Assembly (NCBI GenBank): GCA_965199855.1
Contig: OZ241326.1
Span: 2,528,001-2,592,000 of the forward strand
Reading direction: 5' to 3'
DNA length: 64,000 bases
DNA from: a bacterium
Lineage (GTDB): Bacteria > UBA8248
The position numbers were made by a program, and so were the translations under genes. Positions 1-13,374 of this stretch are shown piece by piece. The first letter of the stretch is position 1. Each line of letters begins with the position of its first letter. The notes under the pieces were generated by a model that searched no databases, was not told the DNA's origin, and worked only from the letters and a program-made list of their open reading frames with translations.

Positions 1-245
1 TCGAATCGTTCGTTTTCCAGAATTTCGTCCACCCCTCTTGCGAACGAGCGGATCTTCAAGAAGGAGAAAAGCCCCGAGACGCGCACGGGGTGAAACCGGA
101 TGGAAGGAGCAGGGAGCTCGGGGCATCTTCTTGCGATGACGTGAACCTCATGCCCCCGGGCGTCCATCTCTTTGGACAAGTGCCAGACGTAGCGCTCCAC
201 CCCGCCATGGCGATGCACGGCGGGGCAGATCATCGCGATTTTCAC
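1..245 (-). CDS. Glycosyltransferase family 4 (WaaG-like), N-terminal part; runs off the window
   Basis: Not in the ORF track. Manual translation from GTG at 245 gives MKIAMICPAVHRHGGVERYVWHLSKEMDARGHEVHVIA..., a typical GT4 N-terminus (GGxE, GHEVHV). GTGA overlap with the upstream stop. Confidence 0.85.
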   Translation of the reverse strand, partial: MKIAMICPAVHRHGGVERYVWHLSKEMDARGHEVHVIARRCPELPAPSIRFHPVRVSGLFSFLKIRSFARGVDEILENERF

Positions 246-1458
246 GAGAAGCGGGCCTCCGGCGAGGCGGAGGCGCGGCCTTTCGAGCGGATGACTTCAC
301 GGTAAATCTCCGCCATCCGGCGCGCCGCGACGCCCTGGTCGAACTCGCGCTCGGCGCGCGCGCGGGCGGAGCGGCCCATGGAGCGCGCCAGGTCGGGGTT
401 TGAAATGAGCCTCTCGACAGCGGCGGACAGCGCCTCCTCATCCCCCGGCGGAACAAGAAGGCCCTCCTTTTCGTGGCGGACGATTTCATCGACGCATCCC
501 ACGCGGCTGGCCACGACGGGCCTGCCCGCCGCGAGGTAGTCGAACAGCGTCCGGCTCGTCCCCTCCGAGCGGAGGGAGGGAAACGCCAGAACGTCGCAGG
601 CGGCGAGCGCGTCTGAAAGCGAGGGAAGAAACCCCGTGAACGCGACCCGCTTCTCCACGCCCAACTCCGCCGCCATTCGCCGCAGGGGGTCGGCGTCCTC
701 CCCCTCCCCGATCACGATCGCCCAGAGGGATTTTTCCCGAATCAGCCGCGCCGCCGCGCGCAGGAACACGTCCTGTCCCTTGATCCAGAACATGACGCTG
801 CCCGCCACGCCCACCAGGGGGACGCCGCGAGGAATGCCCCGGGAATCCCGAAACTCCGCCCCCGCGGCTTCGGGATCGTAGGCGGAAGCGTCCGCGCCGC
901 CCATCACCGTGAAAAACGAGCCGCCGGCGAACGCCCCGTCCCCGACGTATCCCTTCCGGATTTTCTCGGCCACCGCCACGGTCGCGTCCGTGGCCGAAGC
1001 GTAAAGCCACCGGTTCAGCAGGTGGCGGCTCACCGGCCGCAGGATGTGGCGGCTTCGCACCAGGGCGGGGCCGCGCCTTCCCGACAGGGCGGCGGCGGCG
1101 AGCCAGTGCTCGACGCCCCTGTGCGCGTGCGCGGCGTCCACCTCCCTTTCGCGCGCGATCCTCCTTATCTTGGCTATGTCCCTCAGATAGCTGGCGGGCC
1201 TGAAATTCCCGCTCGCCTCGATGAAGTCGATTTCCTCCACGCCCGCCGCGCGAATGCGCTCGGCGACTTCGCGTCCCCCCTCGACGCCGCGGCAGAGCAT
1301 CATCACGCGATGGCCTTCCGCCTGAAGCCCCAGCGTGAGGCGCATGGCCGCCCAGGCGTCCGAACTCCAGCCCCGGCAGGTCATGATCTGCAGCACGGAG
1401 AGCGGACGCCCGTCCTCCCCCGGCAGGCTGCGCGGCGGCGTTCGCAGGGCGCGGGCGG

Positions 1459-1462
<4 letters not shown>
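242..1462 (-). CDS. Glycosyltransferase family 4 (LPS core)
   Basis: GT-B fold motifs: GHRV, KGQDVFLRA, FPSLRSEGTSRTLFDYLAAGRPVVAS. Lies within an LPS operon. Confidence 0.85.
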
Positions 1463-3248
<1,786 letters not shown>

Positions 3249-3252
<4 letters not shown>

Positions 3253-4424
3253 CCGAAATCCTCTTCAAGATTCAGTTCCGGCTCCGTGCGCAGAGTCCGG
3301 GCATAGACCCGCTCCACGAGCTCGGCGCGCCGGGCGCGGTCGTAGAGCCTCTCGACCCGCTCCCGGCCCGCGCGCCCATACGCGGCGCGGAGCCGCTCAT
3401 CCGCCAGAAGCGCCCTGAACGCGGAGGCCATCAGGTCCGCAGCGTCGGGCGCGCCCAAAGGGACGACCCGCGCCGTCTCGCCCGCCTCGACGATTTCATC
3501 CAGGCCGTTCTTGTCCGTCACGACGCAGGGAAGGCCCGTTGCCATCGCTTCGAGCGCCGCGCGGCAAGTTCCCTCGGAACCCGGCGACATGAGCGCGAAC
3601 ACGTCCAGGGCGGCGAGCGCCTCCGCCAGATCGTCCCCGCGGTAGCCGTGAAAATCCACCCGATCCCGAATCCCCAGCTCCCGCGCCCTCTCCTTCAGGC
3701 GCGGCAGAAACTCGCCCCGGCCGATGACCGCGAGGCGAACGTCGGGCGCCTCTTCCGCGACCTTGCGAAACGCCGCCAGCAATTCGCAAAGTTCCCTGTC
3801 GGCGGCGAGGCGCGTCACCGTGCCGATCAGCAGGGCGTCGGCCGGGGCGTTCAGCAGCTCCCGCCCCGCGGCTCGGGCCTCCGCGTCGGCCGGCCGGAAC
3901 CTCCGCAAATCCACTCCCCCCGAGACCACGTGAACCATGTCGGGAGGGGGGGCAACGCGCTTCGAGAGCAGATTCGCCAGATAGCGGCTCACCGGTATCA
4001 AGGCGTCGGCCGCGCGGGCGAGCAGATACTTCGACGCCAAGCCCCCGCCTACCGCCCGGGGGTGGTGGACGCTGCGGATCAGCCGCGCATCCTGACGCGC
4101 GAATTCGAGGGCGAGATGCGCCAGCCAGTGATCCGCCGTCAGATGGACGTGAACGACGTCGGCGCTCACCCGCCTCGTCAGAGCCGCCAGGCCGGAGACG
4201 AAGCGCCACGCTTTTTTCGGGTTCACGCTTCGCGTCGGCGCCAGCCCCGGGACGGGGGGCAGGCCCTCCTCCGCCGCCTTTTCCTCCAGACGCCCTCCGG
4301 GAACGCAGACGAATTCGACGCGATGCCCCCTTTTCGCCAGATCGGACGCCAGAAGCAGCGCGGGCTCCCCCGCTCCCGACCACCAGGGAGTGCCGACCAC
4401 CTGCACGACGCTCAGCTTCCGCAC
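3249..4424 (-). CDS. Glycosyltransferase family 4
   Basis: SGAGEPA/GHRV N-terminus and SEGTCRAALEAMATGLPCV motif. Confidence 0.85.
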
Positions 4425-5521
4425 GTTGAAAGCACCTCTTCATACAGCGCCAGCGTATCGTCCACCATTTTATCGAGCGAAAACCACCTGCGCGCGTATT
4501 CGCGGCCCGAGCGGCCCATCTTCTCCCTGGCGGCCGGGTCGCGAAGCAGGCGCCGAACGCCGTCGGCGAGCGCGGAGGGGTCCCGGGCGGGCACGACTAC
4601 CCCGGCGCCGGAGGGCTTCAATGCTTCGGGCACGCCGCCGACGTCGGTGCCCACGATGGGAAGCCCCATCGCCATGCCCTGAAGGGCGACCTGGGGAATG
4701 CCCTCGGTTCTGGTGGAGGCGATCACCAGCACGTCGAGGCCGGCCATCACTTCGGGAACGTCCGTTCGGTATCCGATGAAGGAGACAGCGCCGTTCAGCA
4801 GGCCGAGGCGCGCGGCCTCCGCCTCATACGTCGCCCGCCCCTCCCCGCTCCCCCCGATAAAGAATTTCGCCTCGCACCCTTCGTCTTTCAGCAGGCGCGC
4901 CGCCGCCAGAAACTCCTCATGCCCCTTGCTGCCTCTGAGCTGCGCCATGATGCCCACGGCGAGCGCGTCCCCTTCCAGCCCCGCTTCCCTGCGGAAGCCC
5001 TCGCCCGTCACGCCCTCGTGAAAGCGCCTGAAGTCCACGCCCGTCGGCAGCACCTTCACCCGCCCGGGCGCGCACGCCTTCGAGTCGATCAGGAGGCTGC
5101 GGGTCAGATCGGCCGTCGTCATGATTCGGCGCGGAAAGCGATACACCCAGTTCAGCCCGTGCGAACTCACGGGGATGGAGACGTGACGGGTTCTGACCAC
5201 GGGCACGCCGAGCATCCTGCCCGCGACGCCTCCGAGCCAGGAGTCCTTGCTGCTGTGCGTGTGAATCAAATTCGGGCGGCGCCTGCGAATCAGCCCGGCG
5301 AGCCCGCGCAGCGCCAGCGCGTCCCAGGAAGTCCTCATGCGCATCGGCTCGAAAGGCACGCCCGCCTCGTCCGCCTCTTTCCTGAGCCTGCCGTCCGGCT
5401 GTCCGACGAGCAGAACCTCGTGCCCGCGCTCGATGAGGGAGGCGGCTTCCAGCAGGATTCTCTTCTCCTGACCGCCCAGTCCCCGGGAGGCTTCCGTATG
5501 AACGACGCTAAGGGCGCTCAC
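4412..5521 (-). CDS. Glycosyltransferase family 4
   Basis: HTEASRGLGGQE, KGHEEFL and TEGIPQVALQGMAMGLPIVGTDVGG. Start refined to GTG at 5521. Confidence 0.85.
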   Translation of the reverse strand: MSALSVVHTEASRGLGGQEKRILLEAASLIERGHEVLLVGQPDGRLRKEADEAGVPFEPMRMRTSWDALALRGLAGLIRRRRPNLIHTHSSKDSWLGGVAGRMLGVPVVRTRHVSIPVSSHGLNWVYRFPRRIMTTADLTRSLLIDSKACAPGRVKVLPTGVDFRRFHEGVTGEGFRREAGLEGDALAVGIMAQLRGSKGHEEFLAAARLLKDEGCEAKFFIGGSGEGRATYEAEAARLGLLNGAVSFIGYRTDVPEVMAGLDVLVIASTRTEGIPQVALQGMAMGLPIVGTDVGGVPEALKPSGAGVVVPARDPSALADGVRRLLRDPAAREKMGRSGREYARRWFSLDKMVDDTLALYEEVLSTCGS

Positions 5522-6332
5522 GTCTTCTGCACAGCTCCCACAAGAAGGCGGCGCGCATGAACACGTAGCAGGCGGAGCCGGCGGACGCCCACAACCCCTC
5601 GACACCGTCCCGAAAGCCCATCTTCAGGATATAGCTCCTGAAAAAGCGCCAAAGCGGGCGGATGAGAAAATCATCCATCCCGGGCCGCTCCTCCCTGGAG
5701 AACAGGTCTTCCGCCGACAAGCGGGCGTATTTCAGCTGTCTTTGGAAAAAATCCGGGAGATCGTCATAACTGCGGTGCTCCAGTGGGGCGGAAAGCGCTC
5801 CCACCCGCCCCCGCACCACGACGGATTCATGTACGCTCCGCTCGTTGAACGCTCCCGCGCCGCGCCGGAACAGGCGCATCTGATAATCCGGCCAAAGATC
5901 GCCATGACGGAGCCAGCGGCCGAAAAAGATGTTTTTCCGGGGCACGCGATACCCCGCCGCCGGAGCGTCGGCCGACAAAACGGCGAAGATCTCCTTTTCA
6001 AGCTCGGGACTCACGCATTCGTCCGCGTCCAGACTCAATATCCAGGAATGACTCGCTTGGGAGAGGGCGAAGTTTTTTTGAGCGGAATAGCCCCGCCAGG
6101 GATGATGAATGACGGCCGCGCCGCGTTCCCGGCATATTTCGCGGGTGTCGTCCACGCTGCCTGAATCCACGACGACAATCTCATCCGCCCAGGAAACGCT
6201 GTCGATGCACGCGCCGATGCGCGGCGCCTCGTTGTGAGCGACAATCGCGACGCTGAGCGGCCTTCTGACCGATCCGGACGCGGGCGTCATCCCCGCGTCG
6301 GCTTCGGCGGGCGCTTCCGCCAGGCCGGACAT
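5508..6332 (-). CDS. Glycosyltransferase family 2 (KdtX/WaaE-like)
   Basis: SVAIVAHNEA, DEIVVVDSGSVDDT, WILSLDADE, WPDYQMRLF and VHE motifs. Start uncertain. Confidence 0.85.
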   Translation of the reverse strand: MSGLAEAPAEADAGMTPASGSVRRPLSVAIVAHNEAPRIGACIDSVSWADEIVVVDSGSVDDTREICRERGAAVIHHPWRGYSAQKNFALSQASHSWILSLDADECVSPELEKEIFAVLSADAPAAGYRVPRKNIFFGRWLRHGDLWPDYQMRLFRRGAGAFNERSVHESVVVRGRVGALSAPLEHRSYDDLPDFFQRQLKYARLSAEDLFSREERPGMDDFLIRPLWRFFRSYILKMGFRDGVEGLWASAGSACYVFMRAAFLWELCRRRERP

Positions 6333-6334
6333 CC

Positions 6335-6535
6335 CTATCCGCCTTTCCCCTGGCTTTTCTCCCACTCCTCAAGCGGGATGGCCTCGTCCACGAGCATGAT
6401 GGGGATGTCGTCTTCGATTTTATAGACCAGCCCCGATTCCCGGGCGATCAGGAAATTCCCGTCCTCGCTCAGCTCGAGCGGGGTCTTGGTGACGGGACAC
6501 GCCAATATCTCCAGCAACTCCTTGTCCACGCTCAT
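6335..6535 (-). CDS. Trm112/YcaR-family small protein
   Basis: MSVDKELLEILACPVTK...YKIEDDIPIMLVDEA. Start refined to ATG at 6535. Confidence 0.9.
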   Translation of the reverse strand: MSVDKELLEILACPVTKTPLELSEDGNFLIARESGLVYKIEDDIPIMLVDEAIPLEEWEKSQGKGG

Positions 6536-6660
6536 CTTTCGCTCGTCTCCATTCTCTCGCCAAGGCGCCGATGCGGCGGCCGCGCATTCAAGCCGATGAC
6601 GGCGCTCGTCCCGAAATCCACAATCCCCCCGATTCGGAAAGCTCCGCCATTCTCGCATAT

Positions 6661-7725
6661 TCAGCCATGTTTTTCATCGCCCCGGAGCAGGCGGTTCATT
6701 CCGTCTATCGCCTCCTCGACCTTCACGCGATCCAGACACTCGACATCGGGACACTTCCTCGCGTAGCAGCCGCTGCAGGCGAGACGATGATGCAAAACGA
6801 AGCGTCCCCCCGGCCCCCAAGGGCCGTTTCTGACGGGTTCCGTGGGACCCATGATCGCCAGACATCGCACGCCCATCGCGGCGGCGAGGTGCATGGGGCC
6901 CGAGTCGCCGCCCGCGAAGCAGTCACCGCGCCGGATCAGCGCCATCATCTCCCGAACGCTCGTCGCGGGCGCGACGCGAGGACGCGCCCGCATGGCGCTC
7001 TCCACCTCCTCCGCGATCCTCCGCTCATCCGGCCCCCATATCAGGAGAACCCCTCCCGCCCCGCTTTCCATCCAATGATCGGCAAGCCCCGCGAACCGGG
7101 CGGGCGCCCAGCGCTTCGTCGCCCATCCGCCCCCCGGGTGAATCACCAGCAAGGGGCGATCGTCCGCGCAGCCCGCGCTCTCCAGATATTTTTCCGCCTG
7201 CTCCGCCTCCCGCCGCGTCTCGTGAAGGGGAAAGCGGAATTTCTCCTTCGGCGGAACGGGCAGGCCCAGGGGTCTCAGGAGAGACAGGTTTTTCTCGACC
7301 ACGTGATGCGGGTTCTCGGGAGGAAGCGCCTGATGCGTGGTGAAGAGGACGTTCATGCCCTCCCTGCAGGAGCGATGCTCGAAGCCCACGCGCATCGGGG
7401 CTCCCGACGCCCGCGTCACCAGGCCGCTCTTGACAAGCCCCTGGGCGTCGAGCGCCACGTCGGCGTTCACGCTCCTCACGGCGCGCAGATCCCGCCTCAA
7501 GGCGGAGAAGCCGCCGGCGGGCGGGCTCCTTCGCCACGCCCCGGGGTCTATGATCAAAACTTCGTCTATATCCGGATTTTCAAGAAGCACGTCCGCCGCG
7601 CCCGGCCCGACCGCCCACGCGATATGGGCGCCGGGCCGCGCGTCCCTGATGGCCGCCGCCAGGGGAAGGGCGTGAACCACGTCGCCCATGGCGCCCAGAC
7701 GAACTATCAGGAAGCGCTCACCCAT
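6661..7725 (-). CDS. waaC: LPS heptosyltransferase I (GT9)
   Basis: [35 protein letters not shown] and [10 protein letters not shown]. Start refined to 7725. Confidence 0.8.
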   Translation of the reverse strand: MGERFLIVRLGAMGDVVHALPLAAAIRDARPGAHIAWAVGPGAADVLLENPDIDEVLIIDPGAWRRSPPAGGFSALRRDLRAVRSVNADVALDAQGLVKSGLVTRASGAPMRVGFEHRSCREGMNVLFTTHQALPPENPHHVVEKNLSLLRPLGLPVPPKEKFRFPLHETRREAEQAEKYLESAGCADDRPLLVIHPGGGWATKRWAPARFAGLADHWMESGAGGVLLIWGPDERRIAEEVESAMRARPRVAPATSVREMMALIRRGDCFAGGDSGPMHLAAAMGVRCLAIMGPTEPVRNGPWGPGGRFVLHHRLACSGCYARKCPDVECLDRVKVEEAIDGMNRLLRGDEKHG

Positions 7726-8224
7726 CAGCGCCCGCGTTCCCGACGCGCGCGGCGAGCTCCGTGGAGGAATGCGCCTTCGGGTCTCCGCAAATGACGATTT
7801 CTCCGCCGTAGCTGCGCACCGTCTCGCGTTCGGGAACCGTCTCCGCCGTATAGTCCGTCCCCTTGGCGTGCACGTCGGGCCTGAGAGCGAGCAGGAGGCT
7901 CGACGCGTCGGGTTCATCGAAGAGCAGGAGGTAGTCGACCGACTCCAGGGCGGAGAGCGTCTCCAGCCGCTCGTCCTGCGGCGCATACGGCCGTCCCTCC
8001 CCTTTCAGGGCGCGGGCCGAGGCGTCGCTGTTGACCGCCACCACGAGAACGTCGCCCTTTTCCTTCGCGGCGCGGAGATGCCGCACGTGCCCGACGTGCA
8101 GAATGTCGAAGCAGCCGTTGGCGAGGACGACGCGCTCGTCCGCCTCGCGGCGCTTCTCAAGCGCGCTTCGCAGCGCGTCCAGCCGCATCCGCTTCCCCCG
8201 GCACGCATCGTCCCGGACGCTCAC
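7718..8224 (-). CDS. rfaE2: D-glycero-D-manno-heptose-1-phosphate adenylyltransferase (HldE domain II, stand-alone)
   Basis: [23 protein letters not shown] and KGTDY motifs. Confidence 0.88.
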   Translation of the reverse strand: MSVRDDACRGKRMRLDALRSALEKRREADERVVLANGCFDILHVGHVRHLRAAKEKGDVLVVAVNSDASARALKGEGRPYAPQDERLETLSALESVDYLLLFDEPDASSLLLALRPDVHAKGTDYTAETVPERETVRSYGGEIVICGDPKAHSSTELAARVGNAGADG

Positions 8225-9213
8225 GCACCGTCCTCCCCGAACGCGGACAGAAGTTCATGCGGCTCCACCACCGCCGTTCCCGCCTTCATCACCGCCAGGC
8301 CCGCCGCGCGATTCGCTATTTCCGCCGCCTCGCGCATCGGCGCGCCCGAGGCGAGGGAGAGCGTGAACGCGGCGATCACCGTGTCCCCCGCGCCGGTCAC
8401 GTCGACCGCACGCTCCGAGCCGTGAATGGGAATATCCGCCCGGGGAGAATTCTCCTCGAAGAGGCTCATTCCCTTGTCGCCCCGGGTGAGCAGCACCCCC
8501 CGGGCGCCCGTTTTCCGAAGCAGGGCGGCGCCCGCCTCATCCAGAGAATCCTCGTCGATCCGGCAGCCGAGCAGCGCCTCCGCTTCCTCTTCGTTGGGCG
8601 TGACGGCGGTGGCGCCCGAAAAGGAATTTCCCCCATACCGGCTGTCCACCGTGACGATGAAGCCCTCGGGCAGCCCTCCAATGGCCGCCTTCACGCCCTT
8701 CGTAAGAACTCCCAGCCCATAGTCGGAGACGATGAGGGCGTCCAGGCCGCCGCTTCCCATTCGCTCGACCTCCCGGATCATCCGGGATTCGAGCGCTCCG
8801 CTCAACTCCCGCTTCCATTCGCGATCCACGCGAATCACCTGCTGGCGCGCGGTGTTCCGGCCTCCCGCCATCACGCGCGTTTTCGTGGGCGTGACGCGCC
8901 CGGAATCCTCCCACAAAAGGCCGGCGTCCACCCCGCGCCCCTCCAGCGCGCGGCGGAGCTCCCCGCCCGCCTCGTCGGCGCCCAGGACGCCCACGGCGCG
9001 CGCGCGCCCGCCCAGGGCCGCCGCGTTCATCGCCGCGTTGCCCCCGCCGCCGGGAACGACCTCGCGGCCGAGGAAATCCAGAACGAGAACGGGCGCCTCT
9101 CTGCTGATGCGCGAGGTGGCGCCGTGGATGAATTCATCCGCTATGAAGTCCCCGAGCACGGCCACGCGCGCGGAGGAAAATTTCCGGATGCGATCCGCCG
9201 GGTTCAAGCCCAT
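8221..9213 (-). CDS. rfaE1: Heptose-7-phosphate kinase (HldE domain I, PfkB family)
   Basis: [23 protein letters not shown] and DVTGAGDTV. Start refined to 9213. Confidence 0.88.
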   Translation of the reverse strand: MGLNPADRIRKFSSARVAVLGDFIADEFIHGATSRISREAPVLVLDFLGREVVPGGGGNAAMNAAALGGRARAVGVLGADEAGGELRRALEGRGVDAGLLWEDSGRVTPTKTRVMAGGRNTARQQVIRVDREWKRELSGALESRMIREVERMGSGGLDALIVSDYGLGVLTKGVKAAIGGLPEGFIVTVDSRYGGNSFSGATAVTPNEEEAEALLGCRIDEDSLDEAGAALLRKTGARGVLLTRGDKGMSLFEENSPRADIPIHGSERAVDVTGAGDTVIAAFTLSLASGAPMREAAEIANRAAGLAVMKAGTAVVEPHELLSAFGEDGA

Positions 9214-9214
9214 G

Positions 9215-9799
9215 CTAGCGATTCCCGCGCGCGCCCAAAACGATCTCCACCGCGTGGTAGGCGTCCTCGGCCACGAAGTCCGGCTGCCGGGGCCACCGCG
9301 CGCCGCGAAGCTCCCGCTCCCCTCGCCCATACCCCGTGAGCAGAAGGCCCGCCCCGCAGCCCGCGCGCCAGCCGGCCTCCAGGTCGGAGTATTTGTCCCC
9401 CAGCATGACGGATTTCTCCAAATCGACGCCGCGCTCCTCCCCCGCCTTCAGAATCATGCCGGGATAGGGCTTTCGCATCCTGCAGTCAATCGCGTAGGCG
9501 GGGACGTCTCCGTTCGGGGCGTGCGGGCAATAGTAGATCGCGTCGAGCCGCGCGCCTTCGGCGCGGAGTTCGTCCCGAAGCTTGCCGTGCGCCGCCTCCA
9601 CCATGGATTCCGGAAAATAGCCTCTGGCGACGCCCGCCTGGTTCGTAACCAGAATGGCGAGCCAGCCCGCCTCGTTCACCCTCCGGACGGCCGCCGCCGC
9701 CCTCGGCAGGAGTTCATATGCGTCGAGGTGGGTGACGTAGCCCACGTCGCGGTTCAGGGTTCCGTCCCTGTCGAAGAATACCGCAGGCTTTCCGGGCAT
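9215..9799 (-). CDS. gmhB: Heptose-1,7-bisphosphate phosphatase (HAD family)
   Basis: AVFFDRDGTLN, VTNQAGVARG, YYCPH, RKPYPGM and GDKYSD. Confidence 0.88.
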   Translation of the reverse strand: MPGKPAVFFDRDGTLNRDVGYVTHLDAYELLPRAAAAVRRVNEAGWLAILVTNQAGVARGYFPESMVEAAHGKLRDELRAEGARLDAIYYCPHAPNGDVPAYAIDCRMRKPYPGMILKAGEERGVDLEKSVMLGDKYSDLEAGWRAGCGAGLLLTGYGRGERELRGARWPRQPDFVAEDAYHAVEIVLGARGNR

Positions 9800-9807
9800 G
9801 GCTTCCT

Positions 9808-10860
9808 CTATACCGGCGCTTTCGCATCCTCGGGCTTCCGGCGCAATAGCGCGACCGCCTCGCCCGCCACCTCCTCGGGCGCGATCTTCCTCATGCAGTC
9901 GTGGTGACGAAGCGGACACGTCCTCCTGAAGCACGGGCTGCAATCGAGATTCCTGCGAATGGTTCGGTGGCGGGGGCCTCTCGGCGCCGTTCGGCGATAA
10001 TCCGTGGGGCCGAACAGCGCAATCGTCGCCGTTCCCGCAAGCGCCGCAACGTGGAGCGGCCCCGTGTCGCCGGATATGAATACGTCAAGGCGGGACAGCA
10101 GGGCGGGCAGCGTCTCCAGAGTGTCCTTTCCGGCGAGGTTCGCCGCCCGCCCGCCGGAGATGGCGTCCAGCCGCGCCGCGAGCGGCGCCTCGTCCGGCCC
10201 GCCCAATATGAAAACCCGCGCCCCCGCGTCGTCCGAGAGCCGGTGAATGAGCTCCCCGAAATGCTCCAGCGGCCAGGTTTTCGACTCTCCGAAGAAGGCC
10301 CCGGGGTGAACCCCCACCAGGGGCGCGTCCCGCCCGCCGTGATGCGCCTTCAGAAGATTTTCCGCGAAATCCCGCGCCTTCGGCGCAACGCGGAAATCAT
10401 CCGCCTGCGCCCGGGCTTCATGCCCCTGCGCTTCGAGAAGGCCAAGATAGTAATCCACCAGATGAGGCGCGTCCGGCGGCGGCTCGACGCGGTGGCTCAG
10501 AAGCCAGCCGCGTCCGTCGGTCGCATACCCGACGCGGCGGCGCGCCCCGGCCCGCCTCGCCAGCAACGCCGCGCGAAAGCTGTTGGGCAGAATCCAGGCA
10601 TACTCCACCGTCTCGCCCTTCAGCATCCTCTTCAAGGCGAAGAGGCTTCGCCACTTCCCCTTATCGATTTCCAGCACCCGATCCACCCAGGGAAAGGCGC
10701 GGAGAAGCCCGGAAGTCCAGGGGGTCGCCGCCGCCACCACCCGCGCCCCAGGATGCGCCTTCCTCAGCGATGAAAAAAAGGGAGCGGCCATAGCCGTATC
10801 GCCTATCCACGAGGGCGCCACGACCAGGTGCAGCTCTCCTCCGCGCTCTTCGTCGCTCAC
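9808..10860 (-). CDS. waaF: LPS heptosyltransferase II (GT9)
   Basis: PSWIGD, LPNSFRAA, HPGAFFGESKTWP, DTGPLHVA and CSPCFRRTCPLRHHDCM. Start approximate. Confidence 0.88.
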   Translation of the reverse strand: MSDEERGGELHLVVAPSWIGDTAMAAPFFSSLRKAHPGARVVAAATPWTSGLLRAFPWVDRVLEIDKGKWRSLFALKRMLKGETVEYAWILPNSFRAALLARRAGARRRVGYATDGRGWLLSHRVEPPPDAPHLVDYYLGLLEAQGHEARAQADDFRVAPKARDFAENLLKAHHGGRDAPLVGVHPGAFFGESKTWPLEHFGELIHRLSDDAGARVFILGGPDEAPLAARLDAISGGRAANLAGKDTLETLPALLSRLDVFISGDTGPLHVAALAGTATIALFGPTDYRRTAPRGPRHRTIRRNLDCSPCFRRTCPLRHHDCMRKIAPEEVAGEAVALLRRKPEDAKAPV

Positions 10861-11045
10861 ATCCGATTCCTCACAGGCGCGGCCATGCACCGGGGAGGGG
10901 AGAACAGGCGAAACTCCACTTCTTTCAACGCTATCAATCGACGCCGGGAGCGTCAACGATCCTGAAGCCGCGCTTTGCAATCGAGGAGCCGCTCATATAG
11001 TGTGCCGGCCAGGGCGTTGAACCGCCGCCGCCCAGAGGATTCCCC

Positions 11046-12266
11046 TTGAGGATATTGAACCGATACATTCTGGGCGAGTTGGCGGCGTATCTCCTCATCG
11101 CCTTGTTTTTCCTCACGTTTCTCCTGTTGCTCAACAAAATTTTCCAGTTCACGGATCTGGTGGTGAACCGAGGCGTGCCGCTCTCGATTGTGGCGCGCTT
11201 CCTTGCCGCCGCCCTGCCCGTTCTTCTGCTGGCGACGCTGCCCATGGCCACCCTCATAGCCTGCGTCATGGCGTTCAGCCGCCTGTCGAGCGACAGCGAG
11301 TTCGTGGCGATGACCGCCTCCGGCATGAGCCTCTACTCCCAGCTCATCCCCGTGGGAGCGGTGGGCGCGGCCGCCGCCGTCCTGAGCGGGTTCCTCATGA
11401 TATTCTCTCTCCCCTGGAGCCAAAGCGCCACCGCGGAGCTGCGCCGGCAGATCCTTCACGGCCGGGCCGCCGGGTTCGAGGTGCGGGAGCGGATTTTCAA
11501 CGACCGCTTCGACGGCGTCATGATCTACGCGCGGGAAATCGAATCGCCGGGCAAGGTGATGAAGGGAATCATGATTTCAGACGCGAGAGAGGCGGGGAAA
11601 AGCCAGGTCATCTTCGCCGACCACGGCATGATCGTCAAATCCCCCGCCTCCCCGAGGATATGGCTACGCCTCGTCAAAGGCACCATCCACACGGTCGGCG
11701 AATCCGGGAAAGTTTCCGGCGAAAAAGGGGACGCGGGCGGCGGCGCCTCCGCGATCTGGAAGTCCCCTTACCGAATCGCGCGCTTCGAGACCTACGACCT
11801 CAATGTGGACCTCACGACCACCATCGGGAAAGCGAAGGCGCTCCAGGCCAGCCTGCGCTCCTACCCGTTGCGTGAACTCAGAAGAAAACTGAAGGAGGAA
11901 AAGCCGGGAACCAGCCGCTACAGAGCCATTCTCGTGGAGATGAACAAGAAATTCGCGGTTCCCGCAGCCTGCCTCATCCTCGCCTTCCTGGGCGCGCCCC
12001 TCGGCGTGCGGAACAGGCGATCGGGGCGCCACGGGGGCTTCGCCCTCAGCCTGGGCGTCCTGATTCTCTACTACATGCTCGTCACCTTCGCCGAAGGGAT
12101 GGCGGAAAGCGGACAAATCCGCGCTTCGCTCGCCGTCTGGGGCCCCAACATGCTGCTGGCCCTCGCCGCGGGATACATGGTCAGAACCGTGGGGCGGCGC
12201 GGCTCCTTCAGCGTCCCGGGGCTGCTCCTGAAGCCCGGCTTCCCCTTCATCCGAAGCAAAGCCTGA
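11046..12266 (+). CDS. lptF: LPS export ABC permease LptF
   Basis: ILNRYI N-terminus, RLSSDSEFVAMTASG, and a 3 TM + periplasmic + 3 TM layout. Adjacent to lptG. Confidence 0.9.
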   Translation: MRILNRYILGELAAYLLIALFFLTFLLLLNKIFQFTDLVVNRGVPLSIVARFLAAALPVLLLATLPMATLIACVMAFSRLSSDSEFVAMTASGMSLYSQLIPVGAVGAAAAVLSGFLMIFSLPWSQSATAELRRQILHGRAAGFEVRERIFNDRFDGVMIYAREIESPGKVMKGIMISDAREAGKSQVIFADHGMIVKSPASPRIWLRLVKGTIHTVGESGKVSGEKGDAGGGASAIWKSPYRIARFETYDLNVDLTTTIGKAKALQASLRSYPLRELRRKLKEEKPGTSRYRAILVEMNKKFAVPAACLILAFLGAPLGVRNRRSGRHGGFALSLGVLILYYMLVTFAEGMAESGQIRASLAVWGPNMLLALAAGYMVRTVGRRGSFSVPGLLLKPGFPFIRSKA

Positions 12267-12276
12267 ACTCGCGCCG

Positions 12277-13365
12277 ATGAGCATCCTGAGCCGCTACATC
12301 CTCGCGCAGTTTCTGAGAATGACGCTTCTCTGCCAGGCGGGGGCCATCACCCTGTTCCTGATCGCGGAGTTCATCGAGCGCGTGGACGACTTCATCGAAA
12401 AGAAGGCGACCCTGCTCGACAGCGCCCTGTATTTCCTCTACAAAGCGCCCCGCCTCGTTTTTCTCTCCGTTCCGCTCACCGTCCTGCTGGCGAGCGCGTT
12501 CACGCTGATTCTTCTCTCCAGAGGCAGCGAGGTGGTCGCCATGCGCGCCAACGGGATGAGCCTCTACCGGATCGCCGCGCCGATCCTCATCGCCAGCCTG
12601 GGAATCAGCTGCCTGGCCTTTCTGGCGAACGAATACGTCGTTCCGCTCGCCAACAGGCGCGGAGACTACGTCTGGCGCGTCAACATCAAAAAAGTCGGCC
12701 TGCGAACGCACATCCAGAGGGACAAAATCTGGCATCGCTCGCAAGACGACACCATCTGGCAGATCGCGCACTACGATCCGTATGCCGAAAAAATGCGAGG
12801 CGTCACGCTCTACCGGGTGGACGGGGAGCATCGCCTGACGCGGCGCATCGACGCGGAGACGGCGATCTGGTCGTCCGCCCGAAAGCATTGGACGCTCCAC
12901 CAGGGCGTCGTCCATCACCTCGCGGACGAGGGGCAAATCCGACGGGAGACTTTCGAGAAGAAAATCTTCGCGCTCAAGGCGGAGCCGGAGGACTTCAAAA
13001 GAACGGGCAGAGACCCGGAAGCGATGAACTATCAGGAGCTCGCCCGCTACATTCAAGGCTTAAGGAAGAGCGGCGCGGACCCCACCCGCTATCTCGTGGA
13101 CATGTGGGCCAAAATTTCCGCCCCCTTCATCAGCTTCATCCTGGCGCTGGTGAGCGTCCCCTTCGCCATTCGCGGCGGCAGAAGCGGCGGGGCCGCCCTG
13201 GGGGTCACAATCGCCGTAGCCGTCGGCGCCGCCTATCTCGTTCTTTTCTACGCGAGCCTTTCGTTCGGGCACGCCGGGCGCCTGCCGCCCGTGCTGGCGG
13301 CCTGGGCGCCCAGCGCTATTTTCCTGACGGGCGGCGCCTATATGCTCGCCTCCATGCGGGGATGA
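12277..13365 (+). CDS. lptG: LPS export ABC permease LptG
   Basis: ILSRYI, SEVVAMRANGMS and LPPVLAAWAP. Paralog following lptF. Confidence 0.9.
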   Translation: MSILSRYILAQFLRMTLLCQAGAITLFLIAEFIERVDDFIEKKATLLDSALYFLYKAPRLVFLSVPLTVLLASAFTLILLSRGSEVVAMRANGMSLYRIAAPILIASLGISCLAFLANEYVVPLANRRGDYVWRVNIKKVGLRTHIQRDKIWHRSQDDTIWQIAHYDPYAEKMRGVTLYRVDGEHRLTRRIDAETAIWSSARKHWTLHQGVVHHLADEGQIRRETFEKKIFALKAEPEDFKRTGRDPEAMNYQELARYIQGLRKSGADPTRYLVDMWAKISAPFISFILALVSVPFAIRGGRSGGAALGVTIAVAVGAAYLVLFYASLSFGHAGRLPPVLAAWAPSAIFLTGGAYMLASMRG

Positions 13366-13374
13366 CGTCCGCGC